From Octopus sinensis (taxonomy: Eukaryota), in assembly GCF_006345805.1 (NCBI RefSeq), contig NC_042998.1, positions 1,116,001 to 1,180,000 of the forward strand: a stretch of 64,000 nt of DNA, written 5' to 3'. The position numbers and the translations under genes were made by a program. This document shows positions 50,680 through 63,270 of this stretch, one piece after another (position 1 is the first letter of the stretch; every line of letters starts with the position of its first letter). The notes under the pieces were generated by a model. It was not told where the DNA came from, ran no database searches, and saw only the letters and a list, made by a program, of their open reading frames with translations.

Positions 50680-51785
50680 TACAAGTACAACAACGATTTT
50701 CCGAACACTGGTGATCCGAAACTACTGATAATCTTCACTAATTCGCGATCAGGAACTTCCAGATCCAGCAGCCGCCAGACTGGTTTATTGAGGTACTTTA
50801 ATTTGTGGTACCTTAAACAGTTCTGCATGAATAAACTTGTATCATGGTCCTTTTCCGTTTGGTTGTTAATTTTCCAAAATTAAAAGTTTATTGAAATTTT
50901 AAAAATCTGGTTCATTAATGTAGTTTTCCAAGATGAATCTCAGGAGATATTCCACTTTTTCCAGAAATATTTTAAAAAAGTTTCCAAGATGAATCTCAGG
51001 AGATATTCCACTTTTTCCAGAAATATTTTTAAAAAGTTATAGAGGTTTAAAATTTGATCATTTTTACCCAGAAAGAAAACAGGATTTAGATCTCATTTTG
51101 TACGTGATTGCACAAGTTGTCAATTGTAAACAAATGAAATACTGGCGGAATTCTGCTTTAAGCAAGCCTTATAATTCATCATAAAATTTTTGTTAGGGGA
51201 TTTCCAGAAAATTTTTGCAAATTTGTATTCTGCACACGGAAATTCATACGATTATGCAAAAAGCAAAACAAAAAAATTGGGAGTGTGTAATTTAAGGCCT
51301 ATTTAGCTGTAAATTTTAGCACATCTCACCACTACCACAATAAATAGAATATATTTGTCAACACGTGCTATCTTGCAGACAGAAGAGTTGTCGTGCTTGG
51401 TTTGTTACTATGGAAGCAGGCATGAATATTGGCTTACGATTAGCTAAAATTACCCAAAATTTGCAAACTTTAGAATATATTAACTCTTTATTGATTTATG
51501 ACGAAAATGAATTTCAGGGTACTGATTAGCATAAAAACTATATCATTACCCCGAATATGAAATCAATTCGAACAGAAATTGAAGAGGATAAAAATTGTCA
51601 GCTAAACAGAAAAGATCCTAAACTTGTATCGTTTATATTAACGTACAGGTAGTTGTATTTCATTTGATTATTCAAGTAAATTTTGTATTCATTTAATTCT
51701 GACATGACAACTTCTGGTTCGAAAAAGTCAGTAATCCCGAAAGGCTGTGGGACCAAAGGTTCTGGAAATCGATGCTGTACTTGTA
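50680..51785. mobile_element. Non-autonomous DNA transposon with pogo/Tigger-like inverted ends
   Basis: tacaagtacaacaacgattttccgaacactggt versus reverse complement tacaagtacagcatcgatttccagaacctttggt; subterminal tccgaa repeats; TA ends. Confidence 0.55.
50924..51036. repeat. Near-exact 56-bp tandem duplication
   Basis: tttccaagatgaatctcaggagatattccactttttccagaaatatttt(t)aaaaag, twice. Confidence 0.95.
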
Positions 51786-52120
51786 TTGATATTTCTCGTT
51801 TCACCAAAAGAAATTCATTATCCCGGTAAAAAGGCCTTTTCGCCCTCACAATTTGTCATAGATCATGCGCTTTAAGCTAAAGTCTACACATATCAAACAC
51901 ATATTTTTCTTTGTGTACAAACTTTTTAACTTGCTGACAACATACCGTCTCCACTTAAGCCCACCCATCTCGCCCGACGCTCCTTAATCTGTCTCATTCT
52001 GTTATCTAACTTCGTCTTCCCAGGACTTCGTTTCTCTAAATATACTTCCTATGCATTTTCCCCAATCCCTAGCCGAGCCTTGAAGTATTCAAACATTACA
52101 TCAATATATTAACTAACCTA

Positions 52121-52570
52121 AGGCGGTGAGCAGGTAGAATCGTAAGAGCGCCGAGCAAAATGCTTAACAGTATTTCGTCCGTTTGGAAGGCAGCGAGCTG
52201 GCAGAAACGTTAGCACGTCGGGCGAAATGCTTAGCCGTATTTCGTCTGCCACTACGTTCCGAGTTCAAATTCCGCCGTGGTCAACTTTGCCTTTCATCCG
52301 TTCGGGGTCGATTAAATAAGTACCAGTTACGCACTGGGGTCGATATTATCGACTTAATCCGTTTGTCTGTCCTTGTTTGTCCTCTATGTGTTTAGCCCCT
52401 TGTATGTAGTAAAGAAATAGGTATTTCGTCCGTTCTGAGTTCAAATTCCGCCGTGGTCGCCCTTGCCCTTCATCCCTTTGGGGTTGATAACATAAGTACC
52501 TGTTGAGCACTGGGATCGATGTAATCGACTCACACCCTGCCCTGAAATCGCTGACAAAATTTGAGACCAA
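52121..52570 (+). mobile_element. SINE family A inserted into an older family A copy
   Basis: Old head 52121-52183, young copy ~52186-52420, old body resumes at 52421. 14-bp TSD gtatttcgtccgtt at 52170-52183 and 52421-52434. Confidence 0.85.
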
Positions 52571-53442
52571 CTAACTAACCTGTATTACCAAACAAAAAGG
52601 TAAATAAAAACGCACTAAATACTCCAAATACTTGTGGTAATATCTTAGCAACTAAACTACTATTCTTGTAATAATATAAAAACTAAGTTTTTTTCACCAT
52701 TTTCGACTGTTAACGAGGCGTCTCAAAATTAAGTGATTTTCTTTTCTGTCCTCACACAGCTGGATCGGTGGGTCAGCGTACGATCAATGCCGTCTCACTC
52801 CCAGCTATTCAATGTTACTTTGTTATCCTGTCAAGTAGAATCTTTGAAATTTAGTAAATCAATCTCTTCTAGGGCGGCTTTTTATTACTTCGTGCGAAGA
52901 ACGTTATTATTTCATACTTTCTTGTCCAAAAGCATACAAGACTGATTCGATATTTCCATTGTTCGCTCTCTTTGATAATCGTTTCAATAGAACTTAATAC
53001 CTTTGAGAAGGTCTTGAATATATTACTGTTCAAGTTCACATTCGAATAAGAACATATCAATGCTCATGCTGCTGTCAGTCTGATAATCTCTTTAAACGGT
53101 CTTGTAAGTTATATCTTTGTACGTAGGTTACCTGTTCAATGGATAAATTTCAGCACATTCAATGAAAACAAGTTTCGTTCAAATTTTTGGTTATTAAAGA
53201 GTATTAAAGGGTAGGCGCCGTTCATGAAGTGTGTAGGTAGACTCTAAAGTAGTTTTCAACCGGGGCCCATATAAGATTTTGTTGCTAAACTTTGTGTGCA
53301 ATAACTTGGTTATATTTCAACAATACACAAAATGCATTAACAATTTTTGTTTATACAATTCCCAATAACATTTAATCATAAGAATGCAGTAGAATATTTT
53401 TAACGTGTGTGTGTGGGGGGGAGGCAGTAGAGCAAAATAGGA

Positions 53443-53584
53443 AGCAAAATCTAGGGCTAGGGTTATCCTGGATCTGGTAATCTTGTTGGTCGTTCTTTAG
53501 AGAGTTTGTTCCAGCTGCAGACTTTTCGACCTCAGTCAGGTAATGCGGTCCTTGTCCCAGGATTTGACCGCTCGGGCACGAGGT
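53443..53584 (-). mobile_element. 142-bp insertion homologous to the 5' region of the R4/Dong element, flanked by a 15-bp TSD
   Basis: Matches 58964-59100 (ctaggg(c/t)tagggttatcctgg..ctttagagagtttgttccagctgcagac..gtaatgcgg..cttgtcccaggatttgaccg). TSD tagagcaaaatagga at 53428-53442 and 53585-53599. Confidence 0.8.
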
Positions 53585-54270
53585 TAGAGCAAAATAGGAG
53601 TCAAAAGGATTATAGACTAATGGTTGAGAATCTGTGGCTTAGAGTATCCTACATTTGGCCGAATGGTACAGTTGTCATAGTTTCATAGCAAATAAGGTGG
53701 CTACAGTGAAGAATATCTTACTCGAATAAGCACCAGAAACATTTTAAATCTATTTTAAATCCTGAAAACGATAAACTTAGATTCGTTCGTGGTGTTGGAA
53801 GGAGCAAACAGACAGATGTCAGTTGGCCTCCATACATCCAGAATATAATCATCTCTTGGAAAGCTCGTATGATACACTAATGAATAAAAGGAAACATGGC
53901 GATGGTATACTTAATATTTTTACAATCTCCATGTTTACTCTTTATAAAATCAATTTTATGTTCTGCAAAATCTGTGCAGCTTCGGGGTTCCTGTTTCAGA
54001 CAAGTTCAACTTAAAAATAAGATATGGTAACATTAGCAGCAAAATGGAAGTGGAGATTGTTTCACTTACAGCTGTTAAAAATGTGTGTGATCTAGATATA
54101 ATTACAGAATTTAATTTAAAATTTCCTTTACATTCTGAGCAAATTACTTGGAAGGAGGATTATGTATTAAGTCAGCATTAATTCCTAAAATGTTCTCTTT
54201 CTCTCTATTTTTTCACTTTTACAATCTTTCTCCGCTCTCCTTAAGCACACTCACATACAAGCATATGTAT

Positions 54271-54302
<32 letters not shown>

Positions 54303-54312
54303 AGCATATGCA

Positions 54313-54349
<37 letters not shown>

Positions 54350-54509
54350 AGCATATGCATCACACACACACACACATACTGTTTCTCTTAAGTCTTTTCT
54401 CAAGCAAATACAGAGTTGATTGTAAATATGTTTACTCAGTAACTGAATAATAAAAAGGAAACAGATTTTCAAATAATCATTATGGTGATGGTGAGAGACA
54501 ACAACAATA

Positions 54510-54510
<1 letters not shown>

Positions 54511-54581
<71 letters not shown>

Positions 54582-55660
54582 TTCATATACACACAACAGA
54601 TTAGACTGCTCGAAAAGAAGAAATCCTAACATCGGGCAACAACAAGTAATCTTAGATACCAAGAAACCTGCTAAGTATCCTAGCTATTCCTAATAACAGT
54701 TTTTTGGAGCTGTACTAATCTGGGTTTCATGCGTATTTCCTCTATCCATCTGTTCAAATCTTTAGGGATAGTTCCTAATGCACCTATAACTACTGGGATA
54801 CATTTTAACTACACTTTCCATAGACTCTGTAACTCAATGGATAGGTCCTAATACTTTTCTATTTTCTCTATACCTCTCATATTGATTTTTTTTCATCATT
54901 TGGAACTGTGAAGTCAGTTATCTGGCACCTTCTATCCTCTTTATCTACTACTACTAAATCAGGCCTTCTAGCTTTTATTACTCTGTCAGTCTTACTTTCT
55001 AATAACTTACAAGGTTCATGGTCATACCAGTTACTAGTATGTTCAAATCTTAGCTTTCTACATAACTCCCAATGTATTACCCTCCCTAAGTTGTCAGGTC
55101 TTTTCCTGAATTCTCACTGTGCCAGCATGCTACATTCACTTACTCTAGGAATAATACTTTCCTCTTTTGATTTGCATAACCTACATTGGGAATCTACTTA
55201 GTCTTCGTCTGTCTTTGCTTTTATCCAGTTAGTCCTTAATGCTTGATCTTGTGCTCCTTCTCACAAACTTTCTGTCTCCCTTTTCAGCCTTCCTTTCTGC
55301 AACCATAACCATGTCTTACTACTGTTTGCTGCAAATATCTTTGGGAATCTATCATGCAGCGCCTTCTTCTGCCTGTCAGATAATTTCTGTTCTTTTTTCT
55401 GGTTTTTAACTTCGTTTGGGTTTTTAGTTTCTCTATGTCTTGCTATGACTCTAGCAGCGTTTAATAAACTTTTTTCACTATTACCTACATAAGAGACTAC
55501 ATCTACTCTAGCTAACTCCACGCAGTCTTCTACTGATATTAATCCTCTTCCGCCTTCCTTTCTGGGCAAGTATAGTCTTACTACTCCTGCCCTTGGGTGG
55601 AGTCCTACATTCATATTGTTCTTCTGTCTAGCATAGCTAATTCAGTTTTTGTCCATACCT
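54511..55660 (-). mobile_element. R4/Dong-clade non-LTR retrotransposon A: 5'-truncated 3' end with (AAT)n tail
   Basis: HPRAGVVRLYLPRKEGGRGL, LKRETESL, CRLCK zinc knuckle, ARRPDLVVVD nuclease motif, IPVVIGALG, stop at 54652-54654, short 3'UTR, (AAT)n tail at 54511-54580. Confidence 0.9.
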
Positions 55661-58600
55661 CTCATACCTAGAGCACCTACAATAATAGGAACAGTTCTCA
55701 TTTTAAGATGCCACATGTTTTGTATTTCAATTTCCAGGTCCTTATATTCACTTAGTTTACCAAATTCCTTGACATATATTTTTATCAGTGAGAACAATTA
55801 CATCTATCAGTATACAAGTATTTTCTTCCCAATCATTAATAATTGTGTCTGGTCAATTAGCCTGGATCTGTCTGTCAGTGTTGACGGGGAAATCCCAAAG
55901 GATAGCGATATTTTTACCTTCAGCAACTGGCTCAGTATGATGTTCATACCAGTAAACAGGTGTGCTGATTTTGTAGTGCTTTACATATTTTTTCCAATGT
56001 AAATACTGTCCTACCCTATCGTGGCGATTTTTTGTATTCGTTTGGTATCAGCACAGGACATCCCGAGACGAGATGATCTATTCTTTCGTCAAATGTGTCG
56101 CATAATCTGCATTTAGGGTCAGAACCGTTTTGAAGAACGTTGGCCTGCTGTGAGTAAGCTTTGATCTTTTGCTGCCAATATGAAACCTTTAGTCTCTGCT
56201 TTCAGTCTTGAACTTCTCAGCCACTGCTGGGTTGTTGCTTGATCTTCATCAGCATTTCGACTTCGAAGTATATACTGTCCATGCAGAGACTTCTGGCCCC
56301 ACCTCTTCTCAATTTGTTTCTGCCCGTTATTTTTTGCAGTCTACTTGTTCCATTTTGCTTGTTTTGTGACACTCGTTTCAGATTCTTCAAATATTCCAGG
56401 ATTAATGCCAAGTTCCTTTGCGAACATGCTAGCTTATTTGACAATAGAATTTTGCTGCTTTCGTGTTTGCACACAAGTCGCAGCGTCCAGCTGTTCATTG
56501 CTATTGTGGAGATGTTATAACATAGTTCTATCTGCATTATTCCTCTTCCATTACTTCTAAGTAGCTACAGACGATCAACATCTGCTTTTGGGTGGTGCAT
56601 GTTCTTAGATGTTAGTAGTTTTCTTGTCATCCTGTCCAGGCTTTGGAGCTCTGTAAGATTCCAGTTAATGATGTTAAAATTATATTGGACTACTGAAAGT
56701 GACAAGATGTTAATGGCTTCCATGTGATTTTTGGAGTTGAGTTCAGTTTTCAGTATGAGTCTTTTTCTCCTGTAATATTCCTTTCTTACTTTTTCCTTCA
56801 TGTTAGCATGTTGTATAACATCTCCTTCGTTTATCCCCAGGGATTTGTAATTTTCATATGGGTCAAGCTTTTTGATGGTAGTGTCGGTATCTAATTTAAT
56901 GGAAGCTGTTGGCCAGAGATAGACTCTTACAAAAGTTGGTTTCGCGCTCTCATCAAGGCCAAAGTCCCCCGACATCATTACTGGACTTTTTAACAGTTGT
57001 TAGCAGCCTTACTAGCTCTTCGTCATTTCTAGCAAACATCTTCAGATCGTCCATATAAAACAGATAGTTTATTGTCATATTGTAAACTTTGAACCCATAC
57101 CTGGTGCTTACCTGGTGAGAATGGGATCAGTGTCAAGTAAAAGAGTAATGGGGAGAGTAAGTCACCTTGACAGATACCACGTTTGATGTTGATGTTGTTA
57201 ATTTGTCTCATCCCGTTACTATGGTTTAGAGGGAGACGTATGTTCCACCTGGCCATGCTACCTTGTAAGAATTTGGAGGTGACAGGAGAGATCTTATATA
57301 TCTCAATGGCCTTGAGTATCCAATTATGTGGGACACTATCAAACGCTTTCCTGTAGTCTATCCATGCCATACTCAGGTTCTTCATTTTGCTCCGGCAATT
57401 CTCTACAATCATTTTACTTATGAATAATTGATCTTTGCACCTATAAGAATTCATTTTACAGCTTTTTTGTGATTGTGGAAGGATAGATCTCTCTTCACGG
57501 AAAGTGTATATTCTGTCAGTTAATATGGATGTGAGGATCTTGTAGGTGGTGTTGAGACATGTTATTTGTCGGTAGTTCTTTAGATATTTTTGTGTCTTCA
57601 GTTTTTGGTAGAGGGTATGTTGTTCCTTCGGTCAGCCAGGTAAGTATTTGCTTTGAGTTCTGGATGACATCAATCAGAGATGCAGCAAAATTTTGATGTA
57701 CTTCTGTCAGACAATTTAGCCAGAAGTTAGGAATTCGGTCCAGCCCTGGGGTTTTCCATTCGCGAGACTTCCTAAGAACACACCTTTGCTCCTCTATTAC
57801 TATTGCCTCCTATTTCTGCTCCTCAACTTTATCCAGTCTCCTTTATCATTACATTCTTTTTTGTTACCCAAATCTTCTTCCAGAACTTTTCCATTTTCTC
57901 AGTCTGGGGTGGCTCCTTTAATTCTCTCTTACTTTTGTTAATTTCCCTATAAAATTTCTTTGTATCCGTCTTGAATATCTTGTTTTGTCGATAAAATTTG
58001 ATTCTTTTGTCCTACCTTCTAAGTCGGTGGAATTTCGGTTGTATTCGTTATTTCAGTTGTTCCTTGGTTGCAGGGATGTTTATAAAATCTTTGATTTTAT
58101 ATTTTTGCTTGATTTTTCTAGATCGTTTCTTAACATTTACTCCTCTAGCAAGTTCATCGAGAACTGTTACATCCGTCTGCAGAGATTTGATCTGTTTTTC
58201 TTTGGCTACTTTCCACTTAGGAGGTCTGTTGACATGGTTGCTCCTTTTCTGTGTCGTCCTGGCAACTAGTTGAGCAGTTATAACTTTTGCAGTAGAACAG
58301 ATGAGGTTATTTAAGGTTGTTCAGTTATTTCCCTTATTACTTAAGATCTGTCTAAGAGCAACAGTATATATCAGGATTATATTGTTTTAATGCTGTTTGA
58401 GAACTTTGCCAGTGGTTCTTTATTGATGATGTCACTAGCCTCCGTCTTGCTGAGTTCTCTGATAATATCTCCTTCTACTTCTATGATCTCTTTATTATTC
58501 ACCTCAAATTCTGTGTCATATCTATTCTAGTGTTCTTGAGGTTGGTCTACTTTCTCCTCTTTTACCGCATAACTGATCCTCGCTATTCTTTCTTCAGCTT

Positions 58601-59260
58601 CCTCGTTGGGATGTACCGGTCGTACACTGGGTTCTGTGCATCTGTTACCTATTTCATCTGCATTGTTGTTGTTTTCATTTTGTCTAGCATCAGATATTTG
58701 TGTCCTAATTTGGCTAATTTCAGTGTCAGTTAACTTTTTATTCTTAATGATGTTTCTACGTACATTACTCAGTTTATTTGCATCTATATATCTGCGTACT
58801 TCATTGCCTACTAAGTTTCTCCATAAAAGGTAACTTTGTACTATGAGGTTATTGTTTGGGTTTAGTAGGGCTGCATAGAAAGCTTTCAACACATCTCTAT
58901 AATCCTCTCTAGTCCATTTTAAGCGTTTTGCAACTGGTGATGTTTTTGGTGGCATCATTACAGGTCTAGGGTTAGGGTTATCCTGGTTCCGGTTACCTAG
59001 TAGGTCGTTCTTTAGAGAGTTTGTTCCAGCTGCAGACTCTTCGATCTCGGTCTGGTAATGCGGTTCTTGTCCCAGGATTTGACCGATCGGACATGAGGTT
59101 TGGCTAGAATTGCAAGTTGTGCTCTCCTCCCATTCTTTTTCACTAACTGTTTCATTTGTGTCAGGCTGCCGGATTGTCATTTTGAGAGAGCGAGATGTAC
59201 TCTGCTGATATCGCTACCACGCCCAAGATTGCGTACTCGTTAAGTTATTCCCGCCACTCA
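55660..59260 (-). mobile_element. R4/Dong-clade non-LTR retrotransposon B: nearly full length, degenerate, 3' end missing
   Basis: N-terminus KWTREDYRDVLKAFY..; RT motifs NYRQITCL, WIDYRKAFDSVPH, RGICQGDLLSPLLF, LFYMDDLK; HHPKADVDRL; CRLC..HLVSGC knuckle; IAILWDF..; stops at VGALGM. Many frameshifts; no AP endonuclease domain seen. Confidence 0.92.
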
Positions 59261-59261
59261 C

Positions 59262-59395
59262 CTTGTTGCTGTTCTTGTTGCTGCTGTTGTTGCTTTTGTT
59301 GTTATTGTTATCGCTGTTGTTGGTGTTGTTGTTTTTTTGCTGCTGCTACTGTTGTTGTTGCTGCTGCTGTAATTGTTTCTCTTGTTGTTTGCAAT
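59262..59395. repeat. (GTT/GCT)n trinucleotide tract at the 5' flank of element B
   Basis: Direct reading. Confidence 0.9.
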
Positions 59396-60096
59396 TTTTT
59401 TGCCCATTTTCTCTTATTTTCCTTTACAAATTCTCAAGTATTTAAAATTATTACATAAACAGATTTATATATTCTAATCAATTAACTTAGTAAATGCGTT
59501 AGGATTATCAAAAGCTTATGGACCTGTAGCAACAGCACAACTGCTGGGAAGAGATTATGGTTCATTAACTAGCTACATTTTCATTACAGATTAGAGATAT
59601 GTAAGTCTGTTTCCCTGTAAAGTTAGTGATTGTAATATCTTTAAAGAAAGCTATAGCAAAAACAAACTTCAATAGGATATTGAGAATGAAGACTATACTA
59701 ACGATTTTTTCTTGCTATAGAATGAAAATGAATGCATTAGAATACATATTGAGGTTGGCTGAAGCCATATGCTCATCAACGGGGAGGGCACATTATTAAA
59801 AAGTTCAAAGTAACTTTTCATTGGTGTACCATTCAGAAAGTCCCGCGGTCCACATTTTGTGTCATTCGTTTATAGTTCGGTAGCGCTTTGGCTAGTTGTC
59901 CCCCAAGTGAGACTAGTACCTGGAACTAAATTACCCTGGCCTGATATTACGCATATTTACATTAAAAACGGGGAATGAAAGGCGATGAAAAGGCTTTAGT
60001 AAAAAGACGAAGAGCAATAATTAAAAAAAAAAGTTTGACAATAGCTGTGGAAATTTTATTGCAATAGATATTGTGTATTCTTCGGCATACATACGT

Positions 60097-60500
60097 GCAG
60101 GAGTGGCTGTGTGGTAAGCAGCTTGCTTACCACCCACATGGATCTGGGTTCAGTTCCACTGCGTGACACCATGGGCAAGTGTCTTCTACTATAGCCTCGG
60201 GCCGACCAAAGCTTTGTGAGTGGATTTGGTAGATGGAAACTGAAAGAAGCCCATCGTATATATATGTGTGTGTGTGTGTGTGTGCGTGTGTGTGCGTGTG
60301 TTTGTGTGTGTTTTCCCCCAACATTACTTGACAACCGATGCTGGTGTGTTTACGCCCCCGTAAACTAGCGGTTCGGCAAAAGAGACCGATAGAATAAGTA
60401 CTAGGCTTACAAAGAATAAGTCCTGGCGTCGATTTCTTCGACTAAAGGCGGCGCTCCAGCATGGCCACAGTCAAATGACTGAAACAAGTAAAAGAGTAAA
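60097..60500 (+). mobile_element. SINE family B, full length
   Basis: gcaggagtggctgtgtggtaagcagcttgc..gggttcagttcc..(TG)n..gactgaaacaagtaaaagagtaaaa. Confidence 0.92.
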
Positions 60501-60655
60501 ACATTATACAAGTCGAAATTTTCCCACAAAAATTTACAGCCAAAAGGGGTAGGTCGTCTTATACATTAAGAGAAATTTGGAGGATTAAAGTGAAATATAG
60601 TAGCATCTGGAAAGTTAGTGACGATGTTTGAATGTTACACTACATGTTTACACTA

Positions 60656-60877
60656 TACGAGGATGTGCTGAAAAGTTCCTGGCTTTTAGTAAAAGGAAAT
60701 ACATGACGATTATTTAATCATGATTTTATTCAACATATCCCCCTCTCAGATTCACACACTTATTGCAGCAGTCGTTCAGTTTTCTAAGCCCAGTGAAAGA
60801 ATTCGGAAGCTTTTCCTCCAACCAGGCCTTTCGCGACACCTCAAAGCCAGGAACTTTTCAGACCCCCACCCTCGCAT
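60656..60877 (-). mobile_element. Mariner-derived MITE, copy 3
   Basis: TIRs tacgaggatgtgctgaaaagttcctggc / gccaggaacttttcag..ctcgca; interior ttattcaacatat is the reverse complement of the EYVE* end. Confidence 0.85.
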
Positions 60878-61052
60878 ATAAAAGTTGACTTGTATGCTGG
60901 GATGTACGGTAACCGATTTGCTCTATCTTTTCTCGTTTGGATTATGATAATCAAAAAGAGCAGGTGGATAGTAGACCTTCTTGTAATCCTGTTACATTTT
61001 TATAATTAAATATCGTTAGGGATTGTATGAAAAAATTGTTAAAATATATTGT

Positions 61053-61239
61053 GAGTGGCTGTGTGGTAAGTAGCTTGCTTACCAACCACATGGTTCCGGG
61101 TTCAGTCCCACTGCGTGGCACCTTGGACAAGTGTCTTCTACTATAGCCTCGGGCCGACCAAAGCCTTGTGAGTAGATTTGGTAGACGGAAACTGAAAGAA
61201 GCCCATCGTATATATGTATGTATGTATGTATATATATAT

Positions 61240-61308
<69 letters not shown>

Positions 61309-61630
61309 TGTATGTATGTATGTTGTATGTATGTATGTATGTATGTGTGTATGTATGCATGTATGTATGTATGTATGTATGTATGTATGTATGTATGCAT
61401 GTGTGTGTATGTGTTTGTGTGTTCTTGCTTGTCCCCTCAACATCGCTTGACGACCGATGCTGGTGTGTTTACGTCCCCGTAACTTAGCAGTTCGGCAAAA
61501 GTGACCGATAGAATAAGTACTAGACTTACAAAGAATAAGTCCTGGGGACGATTTGCTCGACTAAAGGCGGTGCTCCAGTATGGCCACAGTCGCATGACTG
61601 AAACAAGTAAAAGAGTAAACGAGTAAGAGT
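61053..61630 (+). mobile_element. SINE family B, full length, with ~210-bp internal (TA)/(TGTA) expansion
   Basis: Head and 3' half match 60097-60500; microsatellite at 61209-61420. Confidence 0.92.
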
Positions 61631-61896
61631 ACAAGTATAAGCAAATTATTGCACATAAAGTTTAACAACACAACCTTATATAGACTCGCAAGGGTCATGT
61701 GGACCCCGGATGAGAACCACTGGTGTATATTCAGACATATGGGCCATGCATGGTGCTTGTTAAAGGATATTACGTATTATGATCTTCAGAATATAAGTAC
61801 GTTCCGTAGTAATCCAATATGAAAGAGTAATGTGATGTGATACGCACACCAGATGTGTTGATAGCATATAATCTGTTTTTATTATTTAGAGGAGAT

Positions 61897-62092
61897 AAGG
61901 CGGCGAGTGGGCAGAATTGTCAAAAAAATGCTTAGCAGCATTTCGTCCGTCTTTACATTCTCAGTTCAAATTCCGCCGAGGTTGACTTTGCCTTTTATCC
62001 TTTAGGGGTCGATAAAATAAGCACCAACCAAGCATTTACTTACTCCCTCCCTCGGAATTCCTGGCCTTGTGTCAAAATTTTAAACCGTTATT
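61897..62092 (+). mobile_element. SINE family A, diverged
   Basis: aaggcggcgagtgggcagaattgt..cagttcaaattccgccgaggttgactttgcc. Confidence 0.8.
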
Positions 62093-62276
62093 CAGACGAA
62101 ATTTTTAAGTGGTTTTGATGGTGATTTTTCTTTTTTAACTGACACTGCTTTCACGCGTGTAGTTTTATTCTCGTCTTATGTGTGTTTATGGAAAGTGCAA
62201 ATGTTAATCAGCTGAACTATTAACTCTCCCTGTGATTCGAAATCATTTCCTCAACGTGTTAGTCTGTTCCCGTCAT

Positions 62277-62336
62277 ATTTTCACCTTGTTGCACCTATTT
62301 TCACCTTGTTGCACCTATTTTCACCTTGTTGTACCT
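62277..62336. repeat. Three tandem copies of a 20-bp unit
   Basis: ttttcaccttgttgcaccta x3 (third copy has one substitution). Confidence 0.95.
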
Positions 62337-63059
62337 GCATTTAGTATAAATAAAAGCTGTAAGCTTGTGTAATATAAAAAATGTGTGCGTAAAAAGAATT
62401 CGAAATTTAGTGTTAAAAATGCGAAATTTACATGTTAAAAAACGCAAAATTTAGGAGGTGAATGTACATTTACATAGAAGAAATTGAGATATGTTTATGA
62501 GAAAGATAAATTGACGACCGAACCCTAGATACGATAAATGTATTTACTGATCTCATTAATTATAGATATTCACATATACACACACAAAAATGCATGCCGA
62601 ATCATGCACAAAAACTCACACATATGCACACGACACGCATGCACATAGTTATGTACTCCAATAAATGTGCGTCTGTATGTATTAATTAAATTACGTTGAA
62701 GTTCCATCTGTATGATAATTAACATATGAAAGCATGTTAAATGCTTAGGCGCCTAAAAAGAAGCAAAAATTACGAATTAAAAATCACATATACCATATAA
62801 GGAGAATGGTGTTAATTGATAACTAACATCATTTATTCCGTCTTAGAATAATTGCAAATAATATACATATCTGTATGTTTAATTACCCATTTGATCGTTA
62901 AATAACGCTGAGTCGGCACTTCAATTAATGAGTTTCAACAAAAATGAAGCATGTCTGGGCTGTCTCCTATTCAAAGTCATTTTTTCTTTAAATGTGGTTT
63001 CTAACATAAGCCCAAGGCCATGATGTATTTAAGAGGTATAATTAAGTATAGCCAATATT

Positions 63060-63270
63060 CCTTTCTATTATAGGCACAGGGCTTGAACATTTGATGGGAG
63101 AAGTTGATAACATCAACCCCGGTACTCAACTGGTACTTATTCTATCGACTATGAGGGGATAAAATGCAAAGTCGACATCGGCGGAAATTGAACTCAGAAA
63201 GTAAAGTTGGACGATATGACAGTAAGCATTTTGTCTGGCATGCTAATGGTCCTGCTAGCTTTCCGCCGTG
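63060..63270 (-). mobile_element. SINE family A, diverged
   Basis: actggtacttattctatcgac..aaagtcgacatcggcggaaattgaactcagaa. Confidence 0.8.

Noticed and set aside
51598-51849. 83-aa minus-strand ORF as a host exon
   Set aside because: Its most protein-like part is the inverted terminus of the 50680-51785 element; the same IQVQ.RF sequence appears on the opposite strand at 50680.
58964-58985. TTAGGG telomere-like repeats
   Set aside because: Only about two imperfect units, inside the R4 element's reading frame.
59040-59260. HDV-like ribozyme at the 5' end of the R4 element
   Set aside because: Only a P4-like hairpin is visible; I could not assign P1-P3 or the catalytic C by eye.
59500-59610. 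Candidate exon GLSKAYGPVATAQLLGRDY or an 11-nt microexon before GTAAGT
   Set aside because: All frames hit stops before the strong donor; insufficient support without RNA data.
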